Below, one piece after another: positions 42,662 to 56,504 of a stretch of DNA of 64,000 nt. The translations under genes and the position numbers were made by a program. Each line of letters starts with the position of its first letter. Position 1 is the stretch's first letter. Origin of the DNA: Eledone cirrhosa. Lineage: Eukaryota. A model generated the notes under the pieces. It saw only the letters and a list, made by a program, of their open reading frames with translations. It was not told the DNA's origin and searched no databases. The stretch is taken from positions 15,500,001 to 15,564,000 of the forward strand of contig OZ024766.1 in assembly GCA_964016885.1 (NCBI GenBank), given 5' to 3'.

Positions 42662-43103
42662 TGTATGTATGTATGTATGTATGTATGTATGTATGTATGT
42701 ATGTATGTATGTATGTATGTATGTATGTATGTATGTGTATATATGGGTATGTATGTGTGTTTGCACGTATGTATGGTGTGTATATGTGTACATAGGGTTT
42801 TGGTATATGTATGTTTGTTGAACATATGTGTATTTACCTGTAGGTATGTGTGAGTGTGCGTTCTATACGCATTTATGCGTGTATATTTATATATGTGTAT
42901 ATAATTATATATATATACACACACACAAACATATATTTATATATGTATTTGGTGTATACGTTCGTACGTGTGCAGGTGTATGTGTCGCCCCGGTTTACGT
43001 CCGTGTGCGCGTGTTTATGTGTACGTGCATGTATATGCATGCATGGCGTGAGTTTTCGCATATGTACGTGTATAAATGTGTGTATGCATATATTTAATTA
43101 TTA

Positions 43104-44243
43104 CTAGCAGCAGGACCCGGCGTAGCACGGAGTAGGAAACATGAAATAGCAACACGCATATGCAAAAATTGAGGAACGTAGCTGTGTACTTTTTGAATTC
43201 CCTTATTCTCAGGGAATGATTGTTCATCTACTGGAAACGTAGAACACCAGCAGGCAGAATCCAGTAGTAGCGGTGTCAGTGGGCTGATTGCGGAAATCCT
43301 GTATGCCAAAGGAGTAAGTAAGTGTTGTGGGGCGATGTATGCCGTAAGTCTGTTCACAAATTACGTCACAGTTGGGGAACACACGTCAGTCTGAAGGAGC
43401 GACGTAGTCAATTGTGTGAAAACCAAGTAGGGATGTACATTTAAGTAGGGATATTGAGATGACGAAATCAGCGTGGCAACGCAGCTGCAGCAGAAGGGGG
43501 TCATAGTGCAATTAGCACAAACACTGGGCGGCACTGGTTTACACAGCAACAAAGGTGCGACAAAAGGGGTCACTGTGGAATTAGCACAACCGCTGTTCAG
43601 CGTACTTGCGCAGGACGTTCATACTGCAGTGTAGGTGCAACAAAAGGGGTATTAGTAGAAGTAGCACAGGCGTGAGTTTTACGGTGTCAATAACACGTCA
43701 ACGTACACAGGGCCTGGATTTGTGCGTGATGAAAGTACGAAGCGTCAACAGGGTGCTGACAAATATTTTAAGGTCCTCCTCATTTCCTCAACCCCAGGAA
43801 AATGATCCTGCTTAAAAGTAAGTAAGTATTGTGTCCTCTGTTAAATAAACCAAATTTTTTAACGAAATATTATACGTTATTTACGATGTTTAAGTAGTGT
43901 TTATATTGAAAATGAAAAAGGCAAATAATGCCCAATGCTAATTCGTAAATTTCCTAGAAACCATTAATGGAATCGGAAATCTTTTTGTCCACAGCAATGT
44001 GAGGGGACTAACGAATGTGTGCTGCAAATTTAGAGGAAATCGGTTGGATTATATTTAAGTAACGCCTCAAAAAAGACTAAAAATGCCTAAAAAATGCGGT
44101 TTTTCGCCTAATGCGGACCATAGGGCAGAAAAGTTGACATTATTTTAGCCCATTGCACTTCAAGAAATATAAGTAACGTATGTGTAATGTTTGAAAAAGT
44201 CGGTTGGGTACTTCTAGAGTTTTAGGGATTTACACAGACATTC

Positions 44244-44250
<7 letters not shown>
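43104..44250 (-). mobile_element. Non-autonomous Helitron-like element
   Basis: 3' end is CCGTGCTACGCCGG hairpin plus CTAG|T; 5' end ATATATAAAACAGAATGTCTGT; absent at the paralogous site near 5100. Confidence 0.65.
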
Positions 44251-44283
<33 letters not shown>

Positions 44284-44362
44284 GTCCAATTCTTGCTAGC
44301 AGGGAAAGTGGACATTTAAAACAACAACCTGCAAAATTTTATATAGACTTAGTCTATTTCCA

Positions 44363-44448
44363 TGCCAGTATGGATTGAATGTGTGTCACTGATGAAAGAT
44401 TAACAAATCTTGAAACAACACTGTCTGGCATCCATGAGTGGACTGGCA
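44363..44448 (+). ncRNA. Extended type I hammerhead ribozyme, GUC cleavage site
   Basis: GTGTCA-CTGATGA-AAGAT-taacaa-ATCTT-GAAA-CA-acac-TG-TC-TGGCAT; stem I extends through ATGGA/TCCAT and TGCCAGT/ACTGGCA. Confidence 0.8.
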
Positions 44449-45281
44449 ACTTTGTTATATATTATTAGAAGATTATCGAGACAAATAAATTGCTTTGTTA
44501 CGAAAAAATAATTTTCTTTGATAGCAAGTCTACTAAAATGACATGTTTTCATCTGCACCCCTATAAGGCGTAAGATAGAAATCTGATTTGATTTTATTGC
44601 ATCTCTCCCTCTCTCTTTCTTGCTGACTCTCTCTCCCACTTCTACTCAATGAATTCCTATACAAGGTTCTCTTATTCCATTGTTTACTTTCAACTACTCC
44701 CAGTATGTCAGTGGCCAGAAGTAAATAAAAGTTTGAGAAACTTGTTGAAACTATAAAACGAATGAAATGGTAAAAATGCATTACATAATGGAGTTGTGAA
44801 ACAAAAACTATATTTTAAACGACACTTAAAACATTTTAAACATCAAAATATTAAAACTTCATAAATATATTTAATACTCATGAGTATTTCAAAACCATAC
44901 AATCTAAACATAATGTGTTGATTAGCTACCTCAGCTTATAAACGGGTTTTCGATTTTTGCCCATTTCTCAGGCATAAAATAGGAGTTTAGATTATATTTA
45001 GATCAGTTGATATTTGAGTATATATGGTAATGTCTCTGTTATGTCTAATTTAGGGAAAAGAGAAAAAAAATAGATAGGATAACAAAATATCAAATTCTGG
45101 ATATCACTATATATGATTACCACATTGCTCTTGATTCAGCAACCCTAGGAAAAAGATGTACCATTATATTAATGACTTTCTGTTTCTATTTCAAATGACA
45201 TAAACTCATTAAGCTCGAAATTATACACACACACACACACACAGACAAAATAAAATAAAATATGGTTAAAAAAGTTCCATA

Positions 45282-45351
45282 TACTTTATTATGCGCATTT
45301 CGAAAACAACATCATCCTGCGACAAAAATTGTGTTCTCATCAGATAAAATA
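45282..45351 (-). ncRNA. Type I hammerhead motif, same family as 60216 and 60357
   Basis: TATTTTAT-CTGATGA-G..stem II..C-GAAA-TGCGCA-TA-ATAAAGTA. Confidence 0.72.
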
Positions 45352-45509
45352 AGGTAACATGGTATGAGGCCTAAACACACTTGTCAACAGGAAAGTGTCA
45401 AGTCTACATATGACAGAAATATAAGAGTAAGAAAAAGATAGGAAAATAGAAGGAAAGAAGGAGAAAAAGGAAAAAGAAAGACAGGAGAGGAAAAAAAGAG
45501 GAAAACGAA

Positions 45510-45551
<42 letters not shown>

Positions 45552-46484
45552 GAGAGAAAGAGAGAGTGAGAGAGACTTTTGATCAGGAATGCTGTCAAAA
45601 TGAAACAAGCTGTAAATAACGGTTAAACAGTAAATTGATGAGGTGTATGTGCGATAAAATAAAGGGGTCGATAAAATAAAGTACCAGTAATGCACTGGTT
45701 AATTGCTGGCCTTGTGCCAAAACGTAGAAACAATTATAGATGGTATTCAAATATTAGAGGTCTAAAATATAGAAACTGGGTATATTATTTTATATTGGGT
45801 TTAAATACTAAAAATTGGATTAAGAAGTGTAAAAATGTATTAATAAAATAAAATTTAAAAAAATAAAATTAAATTAAAATAAGTATAAAAAAGATTTTTT
45901 TATAAAATAACATTAAATTAAAAAATAAAAATAGTCTATCTATGTCAAAACTAAAAATTTCTATAAAAATCTATATATGTGGGGTATTTAATTATTATTT
46001 TATATCAACAAGTAAAGGAAATTGCTAGAATGATTTATAAAGGGAGAAAGACATATGACGTCATCGAATGTTTGAACGAAAATCTAAGGCTATCGAAAAA
46101 AGGTGAAAGGCTTAAAATATGCTGAGAAACTGAATTAATACATTGTAGAATATATTGAAATATGTGTAAACAAAATATGTGTAAAAAATTAACCGTTATT
46201 CGTGGAATATGTTATAGGACATTAGCTATATACTTTGTGAAAGTGTATATATATATATATTGTGAATATATATATATATATATATATAAATGAAAAGTAT
46301 AGAAATTATTGTAGCAAGAAGCCAACAGTATTCCAAAATATATAAGTGACTATAATGTCAAAATGGAAAAATAGTTAACGTAAGATGTGGGAAAATAATT
46401 CAAACTCAATGCATATATATATATATTATATATATATGCATATATATATATATTATATATATATGCATATATATATATTATATA

Positions 46485-47018
46485 CTAGCAGAGGTTCCGG
46501 GCGTTGCTCGGGTATTAAATAGCAGTTGTGTATACCATTTATGTCAATACTTCAGTGCTGCTTCGAAAAGTATACTTTTACAAAATCATCGGCTTTTTCC
46601 AAAAGGGGGCTCTTGCCCCAGGGGTCCCCTACTCAACATGTGCCAATTCTGAGAGTTCATATTCATCTGTAGGACAAACGTAGCCCATGTGTCAAGTTTT
46701 GTGAAAATCGGTTGCGAACTCCGGAAGTTATGATGTTTTGTTGCATTGCACTGCAGTGCTTCGGTCGACTCCAAGGAAGTAGCTAAAGGGAGTTATCTGC
46801 CGGGAGGCCCTATAATAAAAATCTGTAAAAATGAAAGTGCCCATGACCATCCGGAGTACATAAGTAACCTATATCTTAAGTTTGGTGAAAATACTGTAGA
46901 AATGCATAAGGTTTACAAATGGATGAACCTTCTTGAACTGGTTTCACAGAAATTCATCCATCATGTTGTACATATACACACACAGACATGTCTCTCTGTA
47001 TTTGTGTGTGTGTGTGAG

Positions 47019-47089
<71 letters not shown>

Positions 47090-47795
47090 TGTGTGTGTAT
47101 GTATTTGAGTGTGCGTATGTACATGTATGTGTATGTCCGTCGGCGCATACGTATGTACTGGCCTAAATCTTCACTATTTACTTTTACTATTTTAAGGCAA
47201 AGTTCAAATCCCGTCGAGGTTAACTTTGCCTTTCATCCTTACGGGGTCGATAAAATAAAGTACCAGTAATGTATTGGGTATTTGCTGGCCTTGTTCCGAA
47301 AGTAGAAACAACTATTTTAATAACCTCTGTCATTTTCGTTTACAATTTTATTTACATCATTCTTAAACTCCGGGGCTGGAAATCATTCGGTTATTTTAAA
47401 TAGAATATTAGTCTAACGACTCCATTTACACCATAAACTTGGTCTTGTCTTTGCATGAAATTGTTCTTCGGTCCACCGAGTCGTTTATAACGTAACATAA
47501 AGAGATAAGAAAGTGAAAGCCATAAAAGGGAAATAACTCGTCTCTCATCTCTATTTATACATTTGAACTGAAAAATCAATACATTACAAATTCGATTTTT
47601 GCACTTGGCGTGAGTCGATTTGAATATTTTTTTGACCGAAGTTTCCGCTGAACCTTCATCTATGAGTGTAGCAATTTCACCGAAATTTGAACGTATGGTT
47701 TAAGAGGAGATGTGTGCCGACGGATTTAGTAGACAGACACACAGACAGACGGACAGGCAGACAGACACACAGACAGACAACCTCAGTTTTATATA
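46485..47795 (-). mobile_element. Helitron-like element(s) with nested (GT)n and SINE B
   Basis: 3' CCCGAGCAACGCCCGG plus CTAG at 46485; 5' ATATAAAACTGAGGTTGTCTGTCTG near 47790; may be two pieces. Confidence 0.5.
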
Positions 47796-47819
47796 TATAT
47801 ATATGCATATATATATATA

Positions 47820-48494
47820 CTAGCAGTAAAGCCCGGCGTTGCTCGGGGTCGCTCAGTAGCTGTGTTAAAGTTACAATGTTAAGTTTCTTTTTTGGCTTAA
47901 AAACTGTAGTGTCTACTGTGCAGACTTGCATGTGGTGTTTTTGATTAATATTCCCTCAACCAACAATATGCCTTATGAAGTTAAGAAAACATAACGATAA
48001 CCCGAATGTTATAAAAAAAGAGGAAATATTTGCTTGTTTTACGTAGTCTTTAAATAGACTTGTTTTCAAGTAAAAATATTGTTTTAAAAGGCTTTTAAAT
48101 GGAAATGAAGCAAAACGGAAGTTTAGTGTTCGAACTGATGAATTTTGCAGGTCAAAATTTTGCTGGCTCGACAACTGTTCGTGTATTGTGTTAATGTCAT
48201 TTTAAACGCTGAGAAAGCCAGCATAATTTTTTTAATTTTTGCACGCAGAAAATGTAAACAGAACGTAAGACGCTCAATGTAAACAGAACAAAGGGAAATA
48301 ACTCGTCACTTACGCTCAAAAATCGATACATTAGATTCGATTTCGTCACATAGGGTGGGTCAATTTGAAATATTTTTTTCCGATGTCTTCGCTAGGGCTC
48401 AATGTACAAGTATAGCAATTTCGGTGCAATTCCGTCAGAGATTCTAAGAGGAGATGTGTGCCAAAAATCGATAGACAGACAGACAACCACAGCT

Positions 48495-48500
<6 letters not shown>
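47820..48500 (-). mobile_element. Non-autonomous Helitron-like element
   Basis: 3' CCCGAGCAACGCCGGG plus CTAG|T; 5' ATATAAAGCTGTGGTTGTCTGTCTG; similar to 47525-47795. Confidence 0.65.
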
Positions 48501-50690
<2,190 letters not shown>

Positions 50691-50788
50691 ATACTTTGGG
50701 AGGGTCATGTTGCCAATAAGAAACACACGCACCAGTTGCTTTCACTTCAATTTATTATATATTTATAAATTTATAAATTTACAAACTT

Positions 50789-51135
50789 CATGTATAGATA
50801 AGAAATGTATAACCTGTAAAATAAGCCTCCATATTAACTGTAAAACTAGAAATGTAGTGTATAGCATAAGATGTACTGAAGGACAATGTAGAAACAAAAA
50901 TATAGTGTACATAGGTGAGACAGCTCATAGTATAGGGGAACGAATAAATGAACACTGGCGAGACCTCCAAGATAATAAAGAATCATCTGTGCTCTACCAA
51001 CATGCTAAGATAGAACACAGGGGTAGATTAGAGAACATAGAAATAAAAATAGAATCCACACACAGAAAAGACGCAATGTTTAGGCAAATTACAGAGGCAG
51101 TAAGCATAAAAGAATTAAAACCCAAAATTAAATAG
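50789..51135 (+). pseudogene. PLE GIY-YIG endonuclease fragment
   Basis: CITC...NCKTRNVVYSIRC...YIGET...ERINEH...LYQH...RQITEAVSIKELKPKI. Confidence 0.88.
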
Positions 51136-51482
51136 AAAATATGAGTGGAACAGCAACATCACAACTTACAATTAAGGACAAAATGAAAACACACACAAGA
51201 CAAAATGAAAACACACACACACATAGAACAAACAACTTACAATTAAGGACAAAATGAAAATACACACAGGACAAAATGAAAACACACACACGCATAGAAC
51301 AAACAACCAACCAACAATAAATAAATAAATAAATAAACAAATAGATAAATGAACACAAACACACACAGACACCCGGATGTGGCGCATGCGCAAACTGAGC
51401 ACACAACAGACACACACACACAGAAACAAAATGGCGTAGGATAGAAGAAAGGAAAGGCAAAGAAACAAAGAAAGGAATCCCC

Positions 51483-51527
51483 AGTCACTGAAGAGGTCAC
51501 AGAGTGTGTGACGAAAGGACTATGATT
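51483..51527 (+). ncRNA. Minimal type I hammerhead motif
   Basis: AGTCA-CTGAAGA-g-GTCACA-gagtg-TGTGAC-GAAA-GGAC-TA-TGATT. Confidence 0.7.
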
Positions 51528-51939
51528 ATATATAAACAACTATCTGGTTGTGGAACCAACCAACCAACCAGAAATTTATAAGTTTGTAAATTTATAAATT
51601 TATAAATATATAATAAATTGAAGTGAAAGCAACTGGTGCGTGTGTCTCTTATTGGCAACATGACCCTCCCAAAGTATAACAATATCGGTTTCAACACACG
51701 ATTTCAGATAAAGAATCTTGCTAAACAAATTCAGAAACGAAATATATATATATGCATATATATATATGCATATATATTTATATATGCATATATATATATA
51801 TATATATATATGCATATATATTTATATATGCATATATATATATATATATGTATATATATATGCATATATATGCATATATATGCATATATATATATATGCA
51901 TATATATATATATGCATATATATATATATATGCATATAT

Positions 51940-54900
51940 ATCATCATCATCATCATCATCATCAACGTTTAACGTCCGTGTTCCACGCTTGCATGGGTTT
52001 GGACGGGGGTAGTCCCACTTGAGGCAAGAGTGATTGTCTTGCTCGCATAGGACTGTCTGGCAGGTTTTCTACAGTTGGATGCCCTTCCTAACACCAACCA
52101 CATTTACAGTGTGGGTCTGGGAGGTTTTTACCGTGTTGCCTACACGGCCACATTACAGCGTGGACTGTGTGTTTTTTTGTCGTGACACCTACACGATCTC
52201 ATTTGTTTCGGCCTCGATGGCGCGGCACCAACATAACTTTACATAGAACGGGGTGGTGTGGATGGGGTGGGGGTGGGGGTGGTGGGACGGGGTGTATTTT
52301 GTTAGAGATGCCTACTGGCTGGAGTAGGTTTTACTATATATTTAGGTAAGGCGGGTCTTCTCTGTTACTGAGTACCGCCAAAGGTCTCGGTCCAGTGACA
52401 TTGTCTTGGAGAGGTGTAAGTGTGTGATGTCGGAGTTTATCAGCTCGTCCCAGGTTTTTCTAGGTCTGCCTATTCCGTGACTACCGTCTATCTTTATTGC
52501 CCTGCACTTTGTTATACAGCTATCGACTTTCATGCGCATCACGTGTCCATACCAACGTAGCCTTCTCTCGAGTAAACAACATCTGATCCCTCTTATCTCT
52601 AATTTTTTCCTTAGTTCGTTTATGCTTTGCCGTTCACGTATATTACTGTTACACATCCAGCGGAGCATGCAAGCTTCGTTCCTCTCTAGTCTGCGTATAT
52701 CCTCTGCACACAATGCCCAGGTCTCACTGCCATGCAGCATTGCTGTTCGTATGCAGACATCGTACAACCTGCCTTTCATTTTTAGTGAGAACCCTTTAGC
52801 AGCTAATAGTGGTATAAGCTCTCTGAACTTTTTCCAACCAGTTCTGACTCTAGCTACAGTACTTTCAGAGCACCCTCCCCCACTGCTGATTTTATCGCCC
52901 AGGTAACGGAAGCTGTCCACTATTTCTATAGAACCCTCTGCGCAATTGAAAGAGCTAGTAGTTTGTGGGCACTTGCTGCTACTTATTGCACCAGAGCACC
53001 GGCCACATGTAAAATCTATGTTCTTAGTTAGCTTACCTGTGATCCCACTACATCTTTTATGCACCCATACTTTGCATTTAAGACATAAAATGGAGTTTCT
53101 ACCTACGCCTTTCCTACACACCGAGCACGACCATTTCCCAGAAGGGACCGCCGCCTTGTTTTCTTTCCTACAAACTAGTACTTTGGTCTTAGCCAGGTTA
53201 ATTTTAAGTCCTTTTGACTCTAGGCCGTGCTTCCATGTTTGGAATTTCTTCTCTAGCTCGGCCATTGATTCCGCTATGAGTGTCAGGTCGTCTGCGTATA
53301 GGAGTTCCCATGGGCAGCCTGTCTTGAACTCCTCTGTTATAGCCTGAAGGGCAATAATAAATAGTAGTGGGCTGAGAACAGAGCCCTGATGGACGCCAAC
53401 TTTTACGCTAAACTCTTCACTATATTCGTTGTTAATTCTAACCTTGCTGACTGTTTCTTTATACATGGCTTGTATAGCCCTCACAAGCCATTCGTCAACG
53501 CCTAGTTTTCTAAGAGCCCACCAGATAATGGAGCGGGGGACTCTGTCGAAGGCTTTCTCCAAGTCGACAAAAGCTAAGTAGAGGGGTTTACCTTTAGCTA
53601 GGTACTTGTCCTGTAGTTGTCGTACTATGAAAAGAGCGTCTGTGGTACTTTTGCCTGACACAAACCCGAACTGCATTTCATCTAGGTCAATTCTCTCTCT
53701 GATTAGTTGCGCTATTACTTTTTCCGTGACCTTCATGACCTGGTCGATTAATTTAATGCCTCTATAGTTACTCCTATCTAGGGCGTCTCCTTTACCCTTA
53801 TAACAGTTAACGATGATGCTGCTATGCCAGTCCTTCGGAACAACCCCATTCTGTACGACTTGGTTAACTATGCGGGTGACCATGGTGTGTCCCACCGTGC
53901 CAGATGCCTTCAGCATCTCAGCAACTATTTCCGAAGGCCCAGCCGCCTTACCCGTCTTCATATCCTTGATTGCCTTACTTATTATACTCCCCTCGACTAA
54001 CACTGCTGGTCCCTCTATTGGGTCGATATGGGGGAGACTGCCTTTCTCCCAATTATTCTCCTCATTTAGTAGCCTTTCATAGTGACACTTCCAAGCTACC
54101 TTCTTATCAGCGTCGCTGATGGCAAGTGTGCCATCGTCGTTTAGTACCCACTTCTCCCCGACAATATCACGGTTTTCCTTGACGCATTGCCTAGCAATCC
54201 TGAACACCTCACGTTTTTGGTCATCGCGTTGTAGAACATGCTTGAACTTTCTTTCCTCAGCTTCCCTTCTTGCTAAGTACACTTGTCTCCTAGCTTCCCT
54301 CCTGGCCACTTGATAGTCCTCTCTACTTCCCCCATCCCGCCATACTTTCCAAGCCTGCTTTTTGGCCTTAATTGACCCCTGCACCTTACTGTTCCACCAC
54401 CATGTTACTCTCCTCCTGCCTACAGGCCTGCTCCAGCCACAGACTTCGTCTGTCGCCAACAGCAGGTTTGCTTTCAGAAATTCCCACTCTCCCTCTATAT
54501 TGTCCGACTCTAAATGTTCTTCCTTACTGTCGAAAGCATCAAGTAATATGCTTTGAAATTTATTCCTGGCTGTGGGGTCCTTTAGCTTCCATATTTTCCT
54601 CCTGAGGATAGTCCTCTTCTGTTGTCGAGTACGTCTCGTCCTGACTATGAGGTCGCTAATTATCAGTCTATGTTGGGAGGTGCATTCTTCATGGGGGAGG
54701 GATTTAGTGTTTACAACAGACACTCTGTCACGTCTTCTGGTAAGGATATAATCTACCTGGCTTGTGTGTTCCCCGGATCTATAGGTGATCAGGTGATTGT
54801 CACGTTTTTTGAAGTTAGTGTTACAGATAGTTAGGTTATTTGCATCACAGAATTCCAGGATTCTGGAGCCTTCCTCATTTCTAGTACCAAACCCATAGCC

Positions 54901-55768
54901 TCCATGGATTTCGTCGTAGCCGTCACAATGTTGTCCAACGTGACCATTTAGGTCGCCTGCGATAATTATATAGTCACTGTCGGATATTTGGGAGGTAGTT
55001 AGCATCAGTGTCTCATAGAATCTGTCTTTTATAGTGCCGGGCAGTCCGGATTGGGGTGCGTACGCAGATATTACTGTCACCGTAGTTCTATTGAGGACAA
55101 GTCGTATTTTAATTATTCTGTCGTTCACTCTATTTACGTCTATTATCTTATCTGCCCACTTTTCTGCTACCATGATTCCTACTCCACCCAGCCCATCGTC
55201 GTTTCCCACCCAGAAAAGCTTATAACATCGTTTTTTACCCTCAATGAACCTAGCAGACCCACCCCTCCACCTGGTCTCTTGAATACAACAAACATCGACC
55301 TCCTTACGTTCAAGCATTTCTACAACCTCGTTAGCGCGACCCTTTAGGGTGCCTACATTTATGGTACCAACTCTGAAGTTTTGGATTGCGTTTGGGGGTT
55401 GGGGGCGGTGGGGGGCGGGGGGCGATGGGGTTATGTTAGCCGTCCGCGGTCGAAACAATGAGGAGTGCTCGCATTCTCGTCCAAGAGGTGAATTTGTCTT
55501 TATCTTTGGCATTGTCGCTGAGCGTCCAGATTTTTCTCTCTCTCACCTCCACTCTCCAGGATTCCGCAGTCCATCCATCCATCATATATCGAAAGGCAAC
55601 CAGGCAAGCGATAGTATAGGCCTCTGGTTTCTGATTGGTCCGCGTAATAATACTGGTGATGCGTGGGGGCTCTGTTTTATGATTGGTCCACGTAATAGCA
55701 ATGGTGGTGCGTGTGGGTGTTGGGTAGCTAGCAAGAAGGTAATGATTGAATGGGGTCCTTGCATTTAA
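51940..55768 (-). mobile_element. Full-length RTE-clade LINE
   Basis: About 250-nt 5' UTR, single EN-RT ORF, 400-nt 3' UTR ending in (GAT)n. Confidence 0.95.
52342..55512 (-). CDS. RTE polyprotein: APE endonuclease, reverse transcriptase and Cys-rich finger
   Basis: Uninterrupted 1056 aa; TINVGTL, IQETRW, GDLNGHVG, VDLEKAFDRV, QGSVLSPLLF, YADD, FRYLG. Confidence 0.95.
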   Translation of the reverse strand: MPKIKTNSPLGRECEHSSLFRPRTANITPSPPAPHRPQPPNAIQNFRVGTINVGTLKGRANEVVEMLERKEVDVCCIQETRWRGGSARFIEGKKRCYKLFWVGNDDGLGGVGIMVAEKWADKIIDVNRVNDRIIKIRLVLNRTTVTVISAYAPQSGLPGTIKDRFYETLMLTTSQISDSDYIIIAGDLNGHVGQHCDGYDEIHGGYGFGTRNEEGSRILEFCDANNLTICNTNFKKRDNHLITYRSGEHTSQVDYILTRRRDRVSVVNTKSLPHEECTSQHRLIISDLIVRTRRTRQQKRTILRRKIWKLKDPTARNKFQSILLDAFDSKEEHLESDNIEGEWEFLKANLLLATDEVCGWSRPVGRRRVTWWWNSKVQGSIKAKKQAWKVWRDGGSREDYQVARREARRQVYLARREAEERKFKHVLQRDDQKREVFRIARQCVKENRDIVGEKWVLNDDGTLAISDADKKVAWKCHYERLLNEENNWEKGSLPHIDPIEGPAVLVEGSIISKAIKDMKTGKAAGPSEIVAEMLKASGTVGHTMVTRIVNQVVQNGVVPKDWHSSIIVNCYKGKGDALDRSNYRGIKLIDQVMKVTEKVIAQLIRERIDLDEMQFGFVSGKSTTDALFIVRQLQDKYLAKGKPLYLAFVDLEKAFDRVPRSIIWWALRKLGVDEWLVRAIQAMYKETVSKVRINNEYSEEFSVKVGVHQGSVLSPLLFIIALQAITEEFKTGCPWELLYADDLTLIAESMAELEKKFQTWKHGLESKGLKINLAKTKVLVCRKENKAAVPSGKWSCSVCRKGVGRNSILCLKCKVWVHKRCSGITGKLTKNIDFTCGRCSGAISSSKCPQTTSSFNCAEGSIEIVDSFRYLGDKISSGGGCSESTVARVRTGWKKFRELIPLLAAKGFSLKMKGRLYDVCIRTAMLHGSETWALCAEDIRRLERNEACMLRWMCNSNIRERQSINELRKKLEIRGIRCCLLERRLRWYGHVMRMKVDSCITKCRAIKIDGSHGIGRPRKTWDELINSDITHLHLSKTMSLDRDLWRYSVTEKTRLT

Positions 55769-56021
55769 CAAGCGATTAACAAAAATACAAAATTTGTTCT
55801 GTTAAATACGCCCAAAAACTTTCGTATTTAACAATTAATAGAAACAGAAAATGTAGTTTGTTTTAGCGATAGATTGGCTTATTTGGACTTGATACGAAAT
55901 ATGGATTGTTTTGAAAATACGCTAGAATTAAGATTTGTGGAGGGAGAGAAATGAAATCCGTACATTACGTTTACATGAATATATATATATATATGCAAAT
56001 ATATATATATATATATATATA

Positions 56022-56097
<76 letters not shown>

Positions 56098-56100
<3 letters not shown>

Positions 56101-56443
56101 TCATCATCATCATCATTTCATTTTACGTCCACTTTTCCCTGCTTGCAAGGGTGGGACAGGAACTGATTCTGGCTTGATTTCTACAGCTGGATGCCCTTCC
56201 TAACACCAACCTCATTTACAGTGAGTGCTGGGTGCTTTTTTGCCGTGGCACCTCCACGACCACTTCGTAGTGGAATGATAGGGACCCCAGTCCCTATCAT
56301 CTCATTTCTACAGCTGAGTAAACTGGAGCAATGTGAAATAAAGTGTCTTGCTCAAAGAAACAACACATCACCCGATCTGAGAATTGAACTCACAACCTTT
56401 CGATTGCAAGGCCAATGCTCTAACCACTAAGCCATGTGCCTCC
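56098..56443 (-). mobile_element. SINE family A, full length
   Basis: Reverse complement of 30801-31150. Confidence 0.88.
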
Positions 56444-56504
56444 ATATATATGCATATATATATCTGGTGTGTAACTTAGAAAACTAGGGGTGTATGAGTG
56501 GCTT

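Noticed and set aside
43606-43815. Possible Pif1/Helitron helicase remnant
   Set aside because: Similarity to helicase motifs is too weak to support by eye
48135-48165. CTGATGA followed by a hairpin
   Set aside because: No GAAA after the stem and no stem III
52532-55768. Plus-strand ORFs over the RTE (and minus-strand ORFs over the other LINEs)
   Set aside because: Antisense shadows of LINE coding sequence
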